From the NCBI RefSeq assembly GCF_009914755.1, contig NC_060932.1: DNA of 64,000 bases. The stretch is one strand, 5' to 3'. Below the pieces are notes generated by a model. The model did not search any database. It had not been told where the DNA came from and saw only the letters and a list, made by a program, of their open reading frames with translations. Below are positions 43,091-58,200 of the stretch, piece after piece. Made by a program: the position numbers and the translations under genes. The stretch is from the human T2T-CHM13v2.0 reference genome, Homo sapiens. Position 1 is the stretch's first letter. Every line of letters starts with the position of its first letter.

Positions 43091-43959
43091 CAAAGTCTGA
43101 TTGCTCCAACTTTCTTTTTTATTATTATTTTAAACCAGAGCTATAGACAATGATTATGGATTGGCTGAACTTGGGGTTCTTCTGAATTTCCATCCAATGA
43201 AATGTGGGAAAACAATTAAGGCAGGGTCATGTGGTTGAAAACACACCACCTGGGTTGGAAGGGATTGTGTGAGGGGAAGGGACACTCCCCCAGAAATGTA
43301 CGTGAGTAGGCAGGTACCCCAACCTATATTGACAATAATTTTCTGTTGTAAATCTGGATTATTAAAATTCAAATAACTCCTCATCAATCCAGCATAAATT
43401 TAAAGGTTAAAAATCTTAAAAAGCAAAAAATACCATCTGGTTGGTATATTATAAGCATTTACTGAGAAATAGTTTTTTTAAAAAATATAATTATGCTCAA
43501 AATTGAATGTCACATTCACAGTGTATCACTGTTCCCTCTCTTCATCTCTCCTCTTTCCAAACCTTCAATAAATTTACTAAAAGTTCTGTTGCATTTAGTC
43601 TTCTTTTCCAACTTTTCCTTTTCCCCGCTCCTTCCTTGTCACTGACCTCTCTGGCTGAACCTATAGCTGGGCTCTATGGGACTTAGGGCCCAAAGAAGTC
43701 GCACAGTTCTTATTCCCTACCCAGCTAGGTCTAAATTGCCTTAGTCTAGAAGAGACCAGATGCCTTGCTTTCTGCTTACTGGGAGGACTATTTTTAAATA
43801 CTGAAATGGGAAAGAAGAGAAACCAACACAGAGTTGAAAATCCCAAAGCAGATCAGTCCCAAAGAGGTTACTCAGCCAGTTGCTAATAAATGTGATGTTG
43901 CCTGTAGTGAGGATGTACTTGGATAGGATTCTGGCTTTCATCCTCAGCAATTATATCTG

Positions 43960-44840
43960 ACTCCCACTATGAATTGAGAATGACACAGGCACTGAGTTAC
44001 ACGGGAAAGTCCCTGGTCTTGAAGAACTTTCCCCAGAAATTGAAATATATATGGAACAAATTATTGCACTATTATGTCCATATAGAAACAGAAGTTTGTA
44101 CATAGTACAGTGGCAGCTTAAAAGATCTGGAAACAAGATCTTTGGCATTCAGGAAAGGTTTCACCAAGCTGATATCATCTTTGGTATTTGAAAGATGTGG
44201 AAAAATTCCCCAGGCAGAGAAGAGAGAAAAGGGATAATCTTGGTACAAAGAAAATTATGTTCCCACATGAAGAAATACACTGAGATCTACTGTTTCAGAA
44301 CAGAATGGCTGGAATTTTTAGCACGTGTGACAAGGAAAGTGGTAGGAAATGAGATAGAAAATGCAGATTGGAACCAGATGGAGAAGGATCTGGATAATCA
44401 GCCCAAGAATCTGATTTACCTTGCAGTCACTGGAAGATGGCAAAGGTTTAGGAAGAGAGAAGACCAGACTTGGATTTGGTGGGGCCAGGAGAAGAGTAGT
44501 TGAAAATGAGGAAGGGTCAGCTGGCAGGAAATCATTTGAGAGACCTTTCTGACAATCCAACTGAGAACTCAGGAGGCCTGAAACAAAGCTTGGAAATGGG
44601 TGAGGTTGGGTGGGAAAAGATTAGAAAGACATTTCAAAGGTAGCATCTACTAGATTTGTCACACTGGGTGAGAAGAGAAACATGGCATTTATTTAACCTG
44701 GGCTTGCTAGCTAAATTGAACAGTATGGACAATGCCATCATCTGATCTACTTATGAAAGAAGGAATAGAGTTGGCACAGGTTTGGAAAGGTTGAATTGAG
44801 GACAGGGATGGGTAGAAAGAAGGAATGGTGAATTTGGGTA
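43960..44840 (-). mobile_element. L2 fragments
   Basis: Purine-rich L2-antisense-like text (tcttgaagaacttt, aatccaactgagaactc); boundaries approximate. Confidence 0.5.
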
Positions 44841-45529
44841 GGCTCAGGTAGTGCTTAGAATCAGGCAACACAACTCTGTGACTGTATCAAAAGCCAGTGA
44901 ATTATACAATTTAAGCAAGTGAATTGTATGGTGTGTGAATTATTTCTCAATAAAGCTATTTAAAAAAAAAAAGTCAGGCCAGGGAGAAAGAATCCACAAA
45001 AATAACAGGACAAAGAGAATGGAGGGAATTTCAAAGAGGAGGTGAATGCTCTTTATATCTTTCCTTACTTTTTCTCCCTTTTTGTTTTGAAAACCCCCAC
45101 TTCTTCTCTGTCATTCCTTATTCTGTTTCCAACTTCAGGTTTCCTATTTTCTAATCTATACCATGAAGGACCAGAAACTCACTTTTATTGAAACCAAATT
45201 CTGATGACTCTGATTCAGTAGTAATGTCACATGTGCTGGAATGTCTCATAAAGACAACTTGTGACTAGAGACAAATTGCAATTTTATTTCATTGAGCATA
45301 CGCAGAATGTCACAAAAATATAATGCATGATACCAAACTGAAATGTTTTATTTGCTTAATTTTTAAAAAAATGATTTTGAACAACCATATCAGGGAATCT
45401 TGAGAGCTAAACTTTGAATCTGACATTCCAGTACCATAGATAAATACTAAAATATTCATTGAGAAAAAACTCTGTATATCAGATAAATTCATGATCCTGA
45501 ATATTACTCCAGTGATAAAGTATTGATAC

Positions 45530-46330
<801 letters not shown>

Positions 46331-46463
46331 ATACACTCACTGATGTGCGAGGGACAGGAAAAGTTAAATCATTTAATGTGTTCATATGTGCTAGAAGGTG
46401 ACAACAGTGTTTTCCACAAAAGGAACTTTGAAATAGCAATATTCCTTAATTTTAAAAGAGGGA

Positions 46464-47080
46464 ATTATGAATTGAATATTTGTATTCCCCCAAATTTGCA
46501 TGTTGATATTCTAACCCTCAATGGGATGGTAAAAGGAGATAGGGCATTTGGAAGGTAATTAGGTTTAGATGAGGTCCCAAGGATAGAGCCCCATAAGGAG
46601 GTCATTAAAGCTTTTTTTTGTTTTTTTTTTTTTGGGAGACTGGGTCTCATTCTTGTTGCCTATGCTGGAGTACAGTAGCTCAATCACAGCTCATTGCAGC
46701 CTTGAACTCCTGGGCTTGAGCAATTTTCCCACCTCAGCCTCCTGAGTAGCTAGGACTGCAGGTGTGTGCCACCACACCTGGCTAATTCTTTGTAGAGGTA
46801 GAGCCTTGCTATGTTACCAGGATGGTCTTGAACTCGTGGCCTGAAAAGATCCTCTCTCCTTGGCCTCTCCAAGTGCTAAGGTTGCAGGTGTGAGCCACCA
46901 CACCTGGCCATTAGTGTCCTTATAAGAGAATGATACTAGAGCTTTCTCTAGTATCAAGGTGTCTGACAGTTCTGGCACCCTGATCTCAGACTTCCAGCCT
47001 CCAGATCTGTAAGAAATAAATTTTTTTTTAAGCCACTGAGTCTATGGTATTTTTGTTATGGCAGCCCAAAGTGACTAAGA
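46464..47080 (+). mobile_element. MLT1A-type LTR interrupted by an antisense AluJ (46612-46909)
   Basis: ttatgaattgaatatttgtattcccccaaa...ggtaattaggtttagatgaggtc and cagacttccagcctccaga...gactaaga. Confidence 0.85.
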
Positions 47081-50000
47081 AGAAGAATGGGGGGACCTAA
47101 TTCAGAGCGACTCTGTTAAAATGCAGGGTCAGGTCATGGTCAGGATCATGTTGCTCTTGTGCTTATAACCCTCCCTTTCTATGACCCTTAAGGTTCTGTG
47201 TTCCCTCCTTACCTGCCTGACCTGGTTTTGCATTTTCTAGTACTTAAATGACATGCACCCTATGAAGGAAATGAGTATATACGAACATATTTTTAGTCCA
47301 AGCTATGGTTCATTGTTATAAGCATCTGCATATGCCTCAAATCTCTACAAGAAGCTAGGACCAACAATGAGTAATGCAGAAATTCTATGAATGTATATTT
47401 CTATGTAAAAATAATTTTAGGTAAAAATAGTCTTAGTAAATCCACTTGAATTCTTTTTCATGTGAATGTATGCTTTCTTCCAATATGCTGTTATGTTTTC
47501 CCCACATAATGAACTTCTTAACTAGGAGGACAGAGAATATCTTTGCATCATTTTTACAAGTTTTGGCAAACAGATTCAAGAGAGTCCATAATACATGTTG
47601 TTGAATGTTTGAAAGAATGTGAGGACAAGTCTGAGAGGAAGTACCATATATACAACCTTTTTGGACTAGTCCCCAAACATAGTCAAATTTTCTCAGTCAT
47701 TGTGTCCAGTTACTCTCTCTTCAGCAAACTCTGTTGATTAAATAAATAAGTAAATAAATAATTGAAAGTCATTGGCATTTAAAATGTTTGAAAAAATAAA
47801 TACCTCAAGATCAGAACACACACACACAAGTGCAAACACACATAAACACACATTTTAATGAGATCTTTCATTTTAGAGTCTGAAGAACATCTGGTTCATT
47901 TAGGGACATATATCACAATCTTAAAGACATGCAGGGCTAAAGCCCAAGAGAACCCAATGCAATAGAAAGTGTATCAGCATTATTGGAAATGTGTTTTATT
48001 GCAAAATGGTAAAGATTTATGACTGGATCATGAGGATTAGTAGTATAGTTTTCTCACTTTCTTTTATAAATAAATCATATTAGCAATAGCTTTGTAAAAA
48101 CATCAGCAAGGTACAGCATGATTTTTAAATCACATAATAAATAGTGACTAGAAACATTACTAAACCAATTAAAATTTATATTCAAAATTCCCTAGTAAAT
48201 GTACCTATAACTATTTTAGAGTCTGTGAAGAAGGTTTCCAGCATGCTGACCTGAATTTAATTGCTGTTTAATGTATTTTATGCACACCAGTTTAAAATTT
48301 TAAAAAGTTATACATAGATTATTATTAAGTGTATGTCGTATTCTCCCAGTCTAGTTGAAAGCATATGAAAATAGGAGGATTAACATAGAAGAAAAGTTTG
48401 CTGTGTATTCTTTCATATCCTAAATTTAACAGGTAAAAATATTGTTCATTTAGAAATTCATTTTTCAAAGATAAGTTCTCTGAGCATAAATTTGCAAGAG
48501 ATCTCTAATGCTATCAAGACAAAGCTAGCTAGCATCCAGCATCAGGGTAATTAACTAAATGTCCATTGTGAAAAACAGACTTCATGACATCATAATGAAA
48601 GAAATATTTTAGTATTTGTAACAAATATTCTGATTACACACTGTATATAATTTCCTTCTTCATGAGTTTTAAGAAGATGGGTGAAATTCAAATGCAATTC
48701 TCGGAGCCCTGTGGGTGGCGGGGTCAGCAGGTAGGTTTTTTAGAGTCAGGTTTCCCCGTGTGCTGTGCCCAGCTGAGTTCTGTAAGCACAATCTGTAGGG
48801 TTTTTTTGCTTCTCACTAAATCTATTTGCTCCTTTTGGGCAAGTATAATACATAATAGAACTTAGGCGATGTTCTTTTAATAATTCTAAATTCAGATAAA
48901 AATACTCTCTTGTAGGTAGGATCAAATTATAAAGCTGGGAAATCCTGAACAAAAAAAATATGCTAAGCCCCCAAAACAAATAATCCAGGTGCAAGTTACC
49001 TCTTGCATGACTTTTCTCACACCCTCTCAGCCTCTCCGATTATCACTTGCCTCCCTAACTAACATCTGTCATGGGAGGGCGCTAGCCAGGAAAGAGATTC
49101 TGCATGGAGGCACCCTCTGAGTTTAAATTGGGGATGACTTCCATTGGCCTCTGTTTTCCTGAGACTCTTGAGATAGTCGTCCTTTCTGTACCCTCTGCCC
49201 TCACCTGTTGGAAGCAGGGCCAACTTTGTAAAGATAATAGAACAAGTATATTCTATCTCGGGGGATACTGGGCTGGCTATCTGTTCACACCTTTGGGTTT
49301 CCCTAACAGAGAAACACCAGTAAAAGTCTATAAATATGTCCAGACTTACAAGCGTGAGGGAAACAGAGAATAGCTCATATGTTAAAAGACTAAGTTAAGC
49401 TTCCCACTTTTTAAGGAAGGATCTGAACACCACTTGATTCACCTTTTCCCAGATTTCCATTAATATCCCTAGACAATATACAAAAAATACATAAAAGCAC
49501 ATATCTACAATGTAAACTAAGGCTGGCACACAATAGGCCAGGGTCTAGGGCAAAATTTTACTATTATTGCATTAATAAGTCTCAAAAAAAAGAATCATGG
49601 GTCACACCCCACACTACAGTATGGCTGCGAAGAAAGAATTAGGAAAACATTCTGATTTACTACCACCATCTCTCTCTAGCTAACTCATTCATTTTAAACT
49701 TCCATCCCTATTACCCATCAGAGACTGAAACTGCCAGTAGGAAATACAACCCACATCCAACAAGGCAAAGAAATTTTAAGAAAAAAATACTCTAGGTAAG
49801 AAAAGAGAGAAAAGTCCTCAAAGAAATGCATCCTAATGGATCTCATCTTTTATGTACCAAATCTAGACCACAAAGAACTGCTTTATAAGCTGTAAGAACA
49901 CAGTAGGTAAAGAGAATAATACACATCTCTAGCCTCAGCTAAAATAGTGGCCCTAAATAATATTGCGTGCAATAGATGAGACTCTTTCTGTTAGAAATGA

Positions 50001-50559
50001 GAGAAGTGTGAATCATCTCAAGCCAGAGGGAAGTTTATTGGCTCAGATATTCTATACTGCAGAAAGGGCAGAGGTGACACTGGCCTCAAGGGCAACAACA
50101 TTCAACTGTTGCTCCTCCTTCCTCCGTCTCTCTATTTTTCCTTCCTTCTTTCCTCCCTCCTTTCCTCCCTTCCTTCCTTCTTCAAACACCTTTCTTCCCC
50201 TCTCCTTTCCTCCCCACCTTCTTCCCTCTGTCCCTTCCTTTACTCCTTTTTACATACCAGCTCTATTCTAAGTGCAGACAGACATCCTCCACAGAGTAGG
50301 GAAACAAGGCTTCCAGTGGCCCTGTGCTCATATCCTGAGGGCACAAACAGCAGAAACAGTCTTCTCCACCAGCTCTATTTTAACCTTGAGAAAGAACACA
50401 GAGCAGCTTGGCTTGGGTTACATGCCTACCTCCGTGGCAGGGACAGTAACATGACCAGAATGGCCTGGGTCACACCTCTCTGTCTCCATAATTGGATGCC
50501 TGTCAAGCATCAGAAATTATGCTAGGTCAGTGTTAACTTCTTCAGATAAAGCTTTTGTT

Positions 50560-53138
50560 TTGCTTTATTTTGTTTTTACAGCTTTATTTTGGTAAATTGA
50601 AGTGCAATAAACTTCACATATTTAAAATGCACAATTTAGTGAGTTTTGACGAATGTATACACCCTTGAAATCATCACTACAAGCAACATAATGAACATTT
50701 TCATCACCTACAAAATTTCCTCAAGTCTCTTTGCAACTTATTCCTCTCTATACCACTTACCCAGGAAACCAGTGACCGGTTTACTCTTACTAAAGATTAG
50801 TTTGCATGTCCTAGAATTTTGTTTAAATAGAATAGTTTTTGGACTGGCTTCCTTTGCTTAAGATAATGAGTTTGAAAATCCTTTAATCCCAGCATTTTGC
50901 AAGGCCGAGGCGAGAGGGTCACTTGAGGCCTGGAGCTTGAGACCAACCTAAACAACATAACAAGATGCTGTCTATACAAATAAATTAAAAATTAGCCGGT
51001 ATGGTGCCATGCATCTGTAGTCCTAGCTTCTCAGGAGGCTAGGCAGGAGGATCACTTGAGCCCAGTTCAAGGCTTCAGTGAGCTACAGTCATGCCACTGC
51101 ACTCCAGCCTGGGTGACAAAGTGAGACCCTGTCTCAAAAAATAACAAAGAAAGAAAATCATCAATGTAGTTGTATACATTAATAGTTTGTTGCTTTTCAT
51201 TTCTGAGTTGTATTCCATTGTACAGATATACCATAATTTGGCTAGCTATCCAACTGCTGATAGACATCTGGGTTGTTTTCAGTTTGGCCTATTACAAAGT
51301 TGCTATGTGCATTTATGCACAAGGTTTTATGTGGACACATGCTTATGTTTTTCTTGGGTGATTACGTAAAACTGGAATGGCTGAGATGTTTGGTAACTTT
51401 TTAAGAGTCTTTCAAATTGTTTCCAAACATTTTTACATTCCTGACAAATTCATTTTACATTCCCACCAGCAGTGCATGAGATTTCCAGTTGGTCCATATC
51501 TTTACCAGCACTTGATAGAAACAGTCTTTAAGTTTTAGTCATTCAATTGGGTTTGTAGCAGTATTTCAATATTGTTTTAAATTACCTTTACCTCATGATT
51601 AATGATGGTGGCTATCTTTTAATGTGCATATCATCCATTTTTGAACTGAACATGAAAGTCTTATTTAATTGGGCTTTTCTTTTATTCTTAGTTATAATAA
51701 TTCTTTGTATGTTTTGGGTATCAGTTATTTGTCTAATATATATATTGTAAACATTTTCTCCTAGTCTGTCATTTACCTTTCCATTGTATTTTTTTCCTTT
51801 TATTTTAAAAGAGATGGGATATCTTGCTCCACCTCCCAGGCTGGAGTGCAGTGATATGATCATAGCTCACTGTAACCTTGAATTTTTGTAGTTTCAGCTT
51901 CCTGAGTAGCTGGGGCTACAGGCATTATGCCCAAATAATTTTTATTTAATGTTCTGTAGAGACGGGGTCTTGCTATGTTGCCCAGGCTGGTCTCAAGTGA
52001 TCCTCTTGGCCTCAAGTGATCCTCTCACCTTGGCCTCCCAAAGTGCCAGGATTACAGGTGTGAGCCACTATACCTGGCCCTTTTTCATTTTCTTAATGGT
52101 GTATTTCAAAGAGCAAAGTTTTAACTTTTGATATAGTCTAAATTATCCATTTTTTATTTTGTCTTTCATGCTTTCAGTGATCTGCCTAAGAAATTTTTGT
52201 TTAATTCAAGATTGCAAAGATTTTTTTCCATGTGTTTTCTTCTAGAAATTTTATAGTTTTGAATTTTATATTTATTACTATGACCCATTTTCAGTTAATT
52301 TTTGTTTATGATATGAAGAGTTGAGATTCCTTTTCTTTTTTTGACACAGATATCCAGTTGTTCTGACACCATCTGTTAAAAAGATTTACTTTCTTACCAT
52401 TGAACTTCCTTGACATCTTTGCTTAAAATCAAATGATAACATACATGTAGGTTTATTCACAGAACATGGAAGTAATAAGAAGTACCATTGGAAATCATCT
52501 ACATTTCAGACACACTATTTATTCTGTTCCATTAGTATGTGTGCTAATTTTTTCACTAATACCAAAATGTCTCAATTACTGTAACTTCAGAGAAAGCCTT
52601 AAAATCAAATAAGGTAAGTCCTCCAACTGTCCTCCAACATTGGCCATCTTTTTCAAAATTGTTTTATCTATTTCAGCCCATTGCATGTTAATATATATAT
52701 TATAGATTATTTATTTTATATAAATAAGTATATATTTATATAAAATATATAATCTATAGTATATATAATATATAAATATGTATTTATATAAAAATAAATA
52801 CATTTGTATATTATATATTTATACATATTTATATATTTATATATACTTTAATATTTATATATAAATATATATTTTTTTAATCAGCTTTTAAAATATTTAC
52901 AAAAAAGCACACTGGAGTTTTTATTGGAATTACATTGAAGAAATGTACATCTTCAATTTGGAGAAACTTATATCAATTTCGAGAAACTTACATCTTCACC
53001 GTATTGGGTCTTCCAATCCATGAACATGGTATATATCTCTCCATTTATTTATTTAGGTCTTCTTTAATTCCTCTCTGCAATGTTTTGTAGCTTACAGTGT
53101 GAAGGTCTTGAAACTTTTTTGTTCAATTTATTCCCAAG
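50560..53138 (-). mobile_element. Old L1 (L1MB/ME) 3' portion, antisense, with nested Alus at 50883-51155 (+) and 51800-52079 (-)
   Basis: acagctttattt...gcaataaacttcacatatttaaaatg tail; tcttccaatccatgaacatggtatatatctctccattt. Confidence 0.85.
52690..52880. repeat. AT-rich (TA)n-like low-complexity tract
   Basis: Almost exclusively A/T over ~190 bp. Confidence 0.95.
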
Positions 53139-55345
53139 TGTCAGCCAGGGTTCAAAAAGAGAGTCAGAACAACAGAAACTTTATCTAATGCGATTGTAGG
53201 AGTTTGAGACTATTGTCTTTGTGTTTAATGCTGCAACCTAAACAGAACAGGGCAGGAAATCATGATGGGAAGATAGTTGTAAAGTGGGGAAGAATAAAGA
53301 TAAGTTGGAATCTGTAAGGACATATAGTTCTCACTACCTTCACCTGAATGCAATGTGTGTCCTACAGAGGCTGACACCCTGAATCATGGACATCAACACA
53401 CAACTGGCTCGATAGTAGAAGCTGAAAGAGGATTCAAGGGAAAAGGGAGCAGTTGCAGGCCTAGGTGTTTCCCACATCTGTGAGGTTAGTCAGCTGATGA
53501 GCAGCAATAATAGGAGTTAGCTACAAAAGGTGTCTACTCCAACTTCTCAAGCATATATACAAATTAGCTGCTGCTTCACTTCTGCATTCCAAATCTTACA
53601 TGAAAATATGTCTTGTGGCTCTCCGTAACTGGAATTATACAGGGAAGGGAATCTTGGGAAACAGTACATCCTTGCAAAGTTGACACATTGCAAAACCACC
53701 CCAGCTCATTCCTTCTCAACTTGTCATCCATACATATCTCTTTAAAACATACTTAGCTTTCAAATATAAATCATCATAACATTACTTTCAACCAAACATG
53801 AGCCACACAACAAAATCAAGGTAATTATTTCCCCAAAAGTAGCCGTAAAGACCCTCCTTTTTCTTAGATTGTTTATCTTCCTTCCAGATGATTAACACTC
53901 TTCATTTGATGTCTTGTAAGTCAAAGACATAGATACTGAGATAAAGTTAACTATTATTAACACATGTTAGAAAGGAGAAGACTGGGAAAGGGAAAGAAAA
54001 TAAAAATATAAGAATAAGGAATACATACTCATAACTATTGCAGTACTCAGACCTCTAACTGGTTACATAGTCATAGCTTGGCATTTTTAACTAAATTCTT
54101 CTACTGCCTATTCTACATTTCCTTTGCCTTCAGGAAGCACCTCAGCTGTTGATGGTTCCTTACCTGATGAGTAACCAAAATTTCCAATCCTGAAGGGTCT
54201 GTTCATTAGCATTCCTGCTTTAAGTTTTTGAATTTCCGTTGACTTTAATCTCAGAATCTGAAATTACTAAGCAGTGCCTGAGGCAATCTCCTGCATTCCA
54301 GACAAACTACCCCTACCTGCACTGTGAAGTAGCAACCTAATTGCCCCTTAATTGTTGTGATCAGTCATCACAGCTAGTATTGTAATAGCTTCTTTGCCTG
54401 GTGGCAAAGACTTGAGGATCCTGTGGTAGCCAGGTGACAATCTCAACTTCCAGCTCAAGGCAATTGTAACCTCTGATAGAAGCTTTCCTCATTTTGTAAT
54501 TAAGTCCTCTGGTAAGCAGAGTCTAAAGTTGCAGGAATAGAAGGCACAGATTTTTCTCATGGATCATTAGAAGTCAGAGTAAGACATTTCCAATCTTTGA
54601 TTTCTAGATTCTTGGGTTGGGAAGAAGCAACTGATTTAGAGCATATATTGCATCCTGGAGGAAATTTCTCCAGTCACCTAACTGACACTATAACTAAGTC
54701 TTTAAAAGGCCCCTCCACCAGTTGCTTCAGGATGGTGGAAAACAGAGTAAGACCAGTGAATTCCATGAGCCTGGGCCTATTACCACATTTCATTGGGGCA
54801 ACATGAAGTAGGTTCCTTAATGGAAGCAATGCTGTGTGGAATAAGGCATTCTGTAAGTCCATGGATGGTGGTTTTGGAGAAGCATTACAGGCAAGAAAGG
54901 CAAATCCATATCTTAAGTAGTTGTCCATTGAAGTGAGAACAAACCATTGCCCCTTGCATGATGGAAGTGGTGCAATGTGATCAACCTGCCACCAGGCAGC
55001 TGGTTCATCACCCTGGGGAATGGTGCTGTACTGGAAGCTCAGTGTTGGTTTCTGAGATAGGGCACCCAGCAGGGGCAGTAGCCAGGTCAGACCTGGTGAG
55101 CGGAAGTTTATGTTGCTGATCCTATGCATAACTGCCATCCTTGCCACTGTGGTCATTTTTTCATGAGCCCACAAGGCAGTGACAGGGATGGCTGGGGGAA
55201 TGAAGCTGACTGGTATCCATAGAAAGGGTTATCCTCTTCACCTGATTATTCATTCCTCCTCTGCTGAGATTGCTCTTTAGTAAGCATTCACAGGGAACAC
55301 AAAATAGATTCACATTCTTTACCTTTTCTCTCAGGTCCATTTACT
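53139..55345 (-). mobile_element. ERVL provirus fragment: MLT2-like 3' LTR (~53139-53700) plus internal pol/integrase remnant
   Basis: ORF 54674..55174 contains WWQVDHIAPLPSCKGQWFVLTSMDNYLRYGFAF, matching the ERV-L integrase core (WWQVDYIGPLPSWKGQRFVLTGIDTYSGYGFA). Confidence 0.85.
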
Positions 55346-55374
55346 TGCCTCTTCCCTTGAGGGTGGCATTTGCA

Positions 55375-55447
55375 CCACCCTGAGAGTGAGAGCCTCCTTA
55401 AATGTTGTGCCCTGGGCACCTCACTTGTCTCACACTAGTCCTGGCTG
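55375..55447 (-). mobile_element. MER91A-like hAT-Tip100 fragment
   Basis: ctgagagtgagagcctccttaaatgttgtgccctgggcacctcacttgtctcacactagt. Confidence 0.6.
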
Positions 55448-56929
55448 AGATTCATGTCTCCCAGTCCAAGTTATCAAAAAACTAAGCAAATTCTATTTTA
55501 GAACTACTAGTGGTGACTTTTTTTTTTTTTAAAGAAATCGAGGACAAAGAGAAAGATGCCAGGAGACTAAAGAGAAATACTATGGATCAATCCTATCTAG
55601 AAATTTCAGGAACCATCCATTCACTCATGTCTTTACTTAACATCTACTGCATTGCAGCCTGGGCAGTTTGGGTTTTATGCTGAAGACAGTAGGAAGCCAT
55701 CAAAGAAATTTACGCTATTTTAAATGAGGCTATAATGCATGTTTTTTCCCCTGCCAGGAATGTTCCACTCACTTGGCTGGCTTCATTGTGTCATTCAGAT
55801 CTCAACTCAAAGATCACTTATTGAAGTGGCTTCCTTGAGCTCCCCATTTTAAATAGCAAGATTCTCCCCCATAGAGAATTTATCATATCAATTTATATTG
55901 TTGCCTTCATTGCATTTATCAAAGTCTAGCAGGTTTTCATTTAATGAAGTTCAACTGGAATATGATGGGGGTTTCTTTTTCCTAACGCCTATTTTTCTGA
56001 GAAGATTATTTCATACCATTCACAAAGACAAGGCTGTTCACATCTAGACTCTGCCTAGACTTAGAGTGGGCGCTGCTGGTCCCATATTCAACTTCCTTCC
56101 TTCTTCTTTTCAGGGGGTTGCAGTCTCCAAGCTAGAAAGAGAGCTATTGGTGAAAGTGAAGAGATCAAATAGGGAGGCCGTTGTTTGTTCTCTGAATGGT
56201 ACAGACTCATTTTCTGTCGCAGTTGGCAGGAAGTGAGGGAGAAAATGCTGAATTTATTCTTGTTGCAAGAATGCAACATTTATTCTTGCCAATAGCTTTG
56301 CTCCATTTCTTCTGACCAAATAGCTTCAGGCTAGCAATTGCAATTCTAATTCAATGCCACTGATTTTTTAATACTTTATGGAAAATTATCTCAGAGTGTT
56401 GTCTCACTTTTGAAATAGGTTGACAGTTTTGGTCTTTTTGTTTTATTCTTAGCATCATTATAGGTTTTTTAGAAAGAGGTTAATGGGAATCACTTAAGAG
56501 CTACTACCTAGACAATATTTAAACCACTTCAACCTCCCCACTCGTAACCCTTGGATTTCTTTTACATGTGCTGTTGGCTACTTAAGGGTATGTTATTTGT
56601 TGCTCCTATAAACACATGAGGATGACTTTATACTTATACCAATTAAACTTCACTCTGTAGATTGGGTTTTATTGTTCCAACTTGTTGAGATCTCCTTAGA
56701 ACCTGTTTCTGTCAGGATTTTTTGTTTGTTTGTTTTGTTCAATTATATGCAACTTTATATTTTCTGAGATGCAATAGGCTATGTTTCTGATTAAAAATTT
56801 TAAAGCGTTATTTAAGTCATTTCTTTGTATATCTTTTAGAAAATTTTAACTGAAAGATAACTTTCATGCACACATATACTTAGATATATTTAATTAAAAT
56901 GTTATTTAATACATATTTACATTTTATAT

Positions 56930-58200
56930 ATTTAATTAAAGTATAACTTAATATACGAATCTTAAATGTAGGCTTGCTGAATTATAAAGTGAACCCTCAT
57001 GTAACAACCACCTATTAAAGAAACATCAAATTGCTAGAACCTCTTAAGCTCCCCCTTTGCTGTCTCCCAATTACAAATGCTAGTTTGTTCCCCAAAAGTA
57101 ACTATTATCCTGACTCTAAAACCATAGATTAGTTTTCCCTGTTATTAAACATTACATAAGTGAAATTATAGGGTACACATTCTTTTGTATTTGGCTTCTT
57201 TTAGTTAATGATGTGTTTGTGAGTTTCACCTTTGTGGTTGCACATATCAGTAGCTAATTTATACTCATGCTCTTTACTATTACATTGTATGAATACACCA
57301 CAACTGACTTATCCATTCTACTGTTGAGGACATTTGTTTATCCCCATTATTTAGCTCTTATAAATGTTATTGCTATGAACATTCTTATGCATGCAGTTTT
57401 TTTATGTATATCTAGAAACAGAATTGCTGGGTCTTAGAATACGAGTGTGCTAAATTTTAGTAGACATTGACAAAGTACATGTAAAAATTAATACTCTTAC
57501 CTACTGTGTATCCAAAGTCCAGTCATCTTATAACCTGTTCGCTTTTTTGTTTTTTGTTTTCTAATTTCAGCCATTCTGATGATTGTGTAGTGGTAACTTA
57601 ATGTAGTTTTAATTTACATTTCTCTGATTTTTTTGTACTTACTGATTGATATGGTTTGGCTGTGTCCCCACCCAAACCTCAACTTGAATTGTATCTCCCA
57701 GAATTCCCACGTGTTGTGGGAGGGACCCAATGGGAGGTAATTGAATCATGGGGGCAGGTCTTTCCTGTGCTATTCTCACGACAATGAATAAGTCTCATGA
57801 GATCTGATTGGTTTATCCGGAGTTTCTGCCTTTGCTACTTCCTCATTTTCTCTTGCTGCCACCAAGTTAAGGAAGTGCCTTTCTCCTCCTGCCATGATTC
57901 TGAGGCCGCTCCAGCCACGTGGAACTGTAAGTCTAATTAAACCTCTTTTTCTTCCCAGTCTGGGGTATGTCTTTATCAGCAGTGTGAAAATGGACTAACA
58001 TGCTGATTATTTGTATATCCTCTTTTGTGAATGTCTGTTGAAGTATTTGTCCAGTTTTTTTTGTTGTCTGTTAAAATCTGTTGAGTTCTTTTCATACTTT
58101 GTATATGAATCTTTTGTCAGTTGTATGTATTGTAAATGTCTTCCCCTACTCTGTGGTTTACCTTTTGATGAAGAGAACTTCCTAACTTTAATGTAATATA
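56930..58200 (-). mobile_element. L1ME-type 3' fragment, interrupted by THE1
   Basis: ccccaaaagtaactattatcctgact-like and ttatccattctactgttgaggacatttg motifs. Confidence 0.75.
57647..58002 (+). mobile_element. THE1A-type MaLR solo LTR
   Basis: tgatatggtttggctgtgtccccacccaaa...; 5-bp TSD ctgat at 57642-57646 and 58003-58007. Confidence 0.93.

Noticed and set aside
51990-52030. Direct repeat ctcaagtgatcctct inside an Alu
   Set aside because: Small local duplication or conversion in a decayed Alu; no functional implication
54674-55174. Integrase-like ORF as a domesticated gene
   Set aside because: Frameshifted ERV-L pol remnant; similarity holds only for the central part
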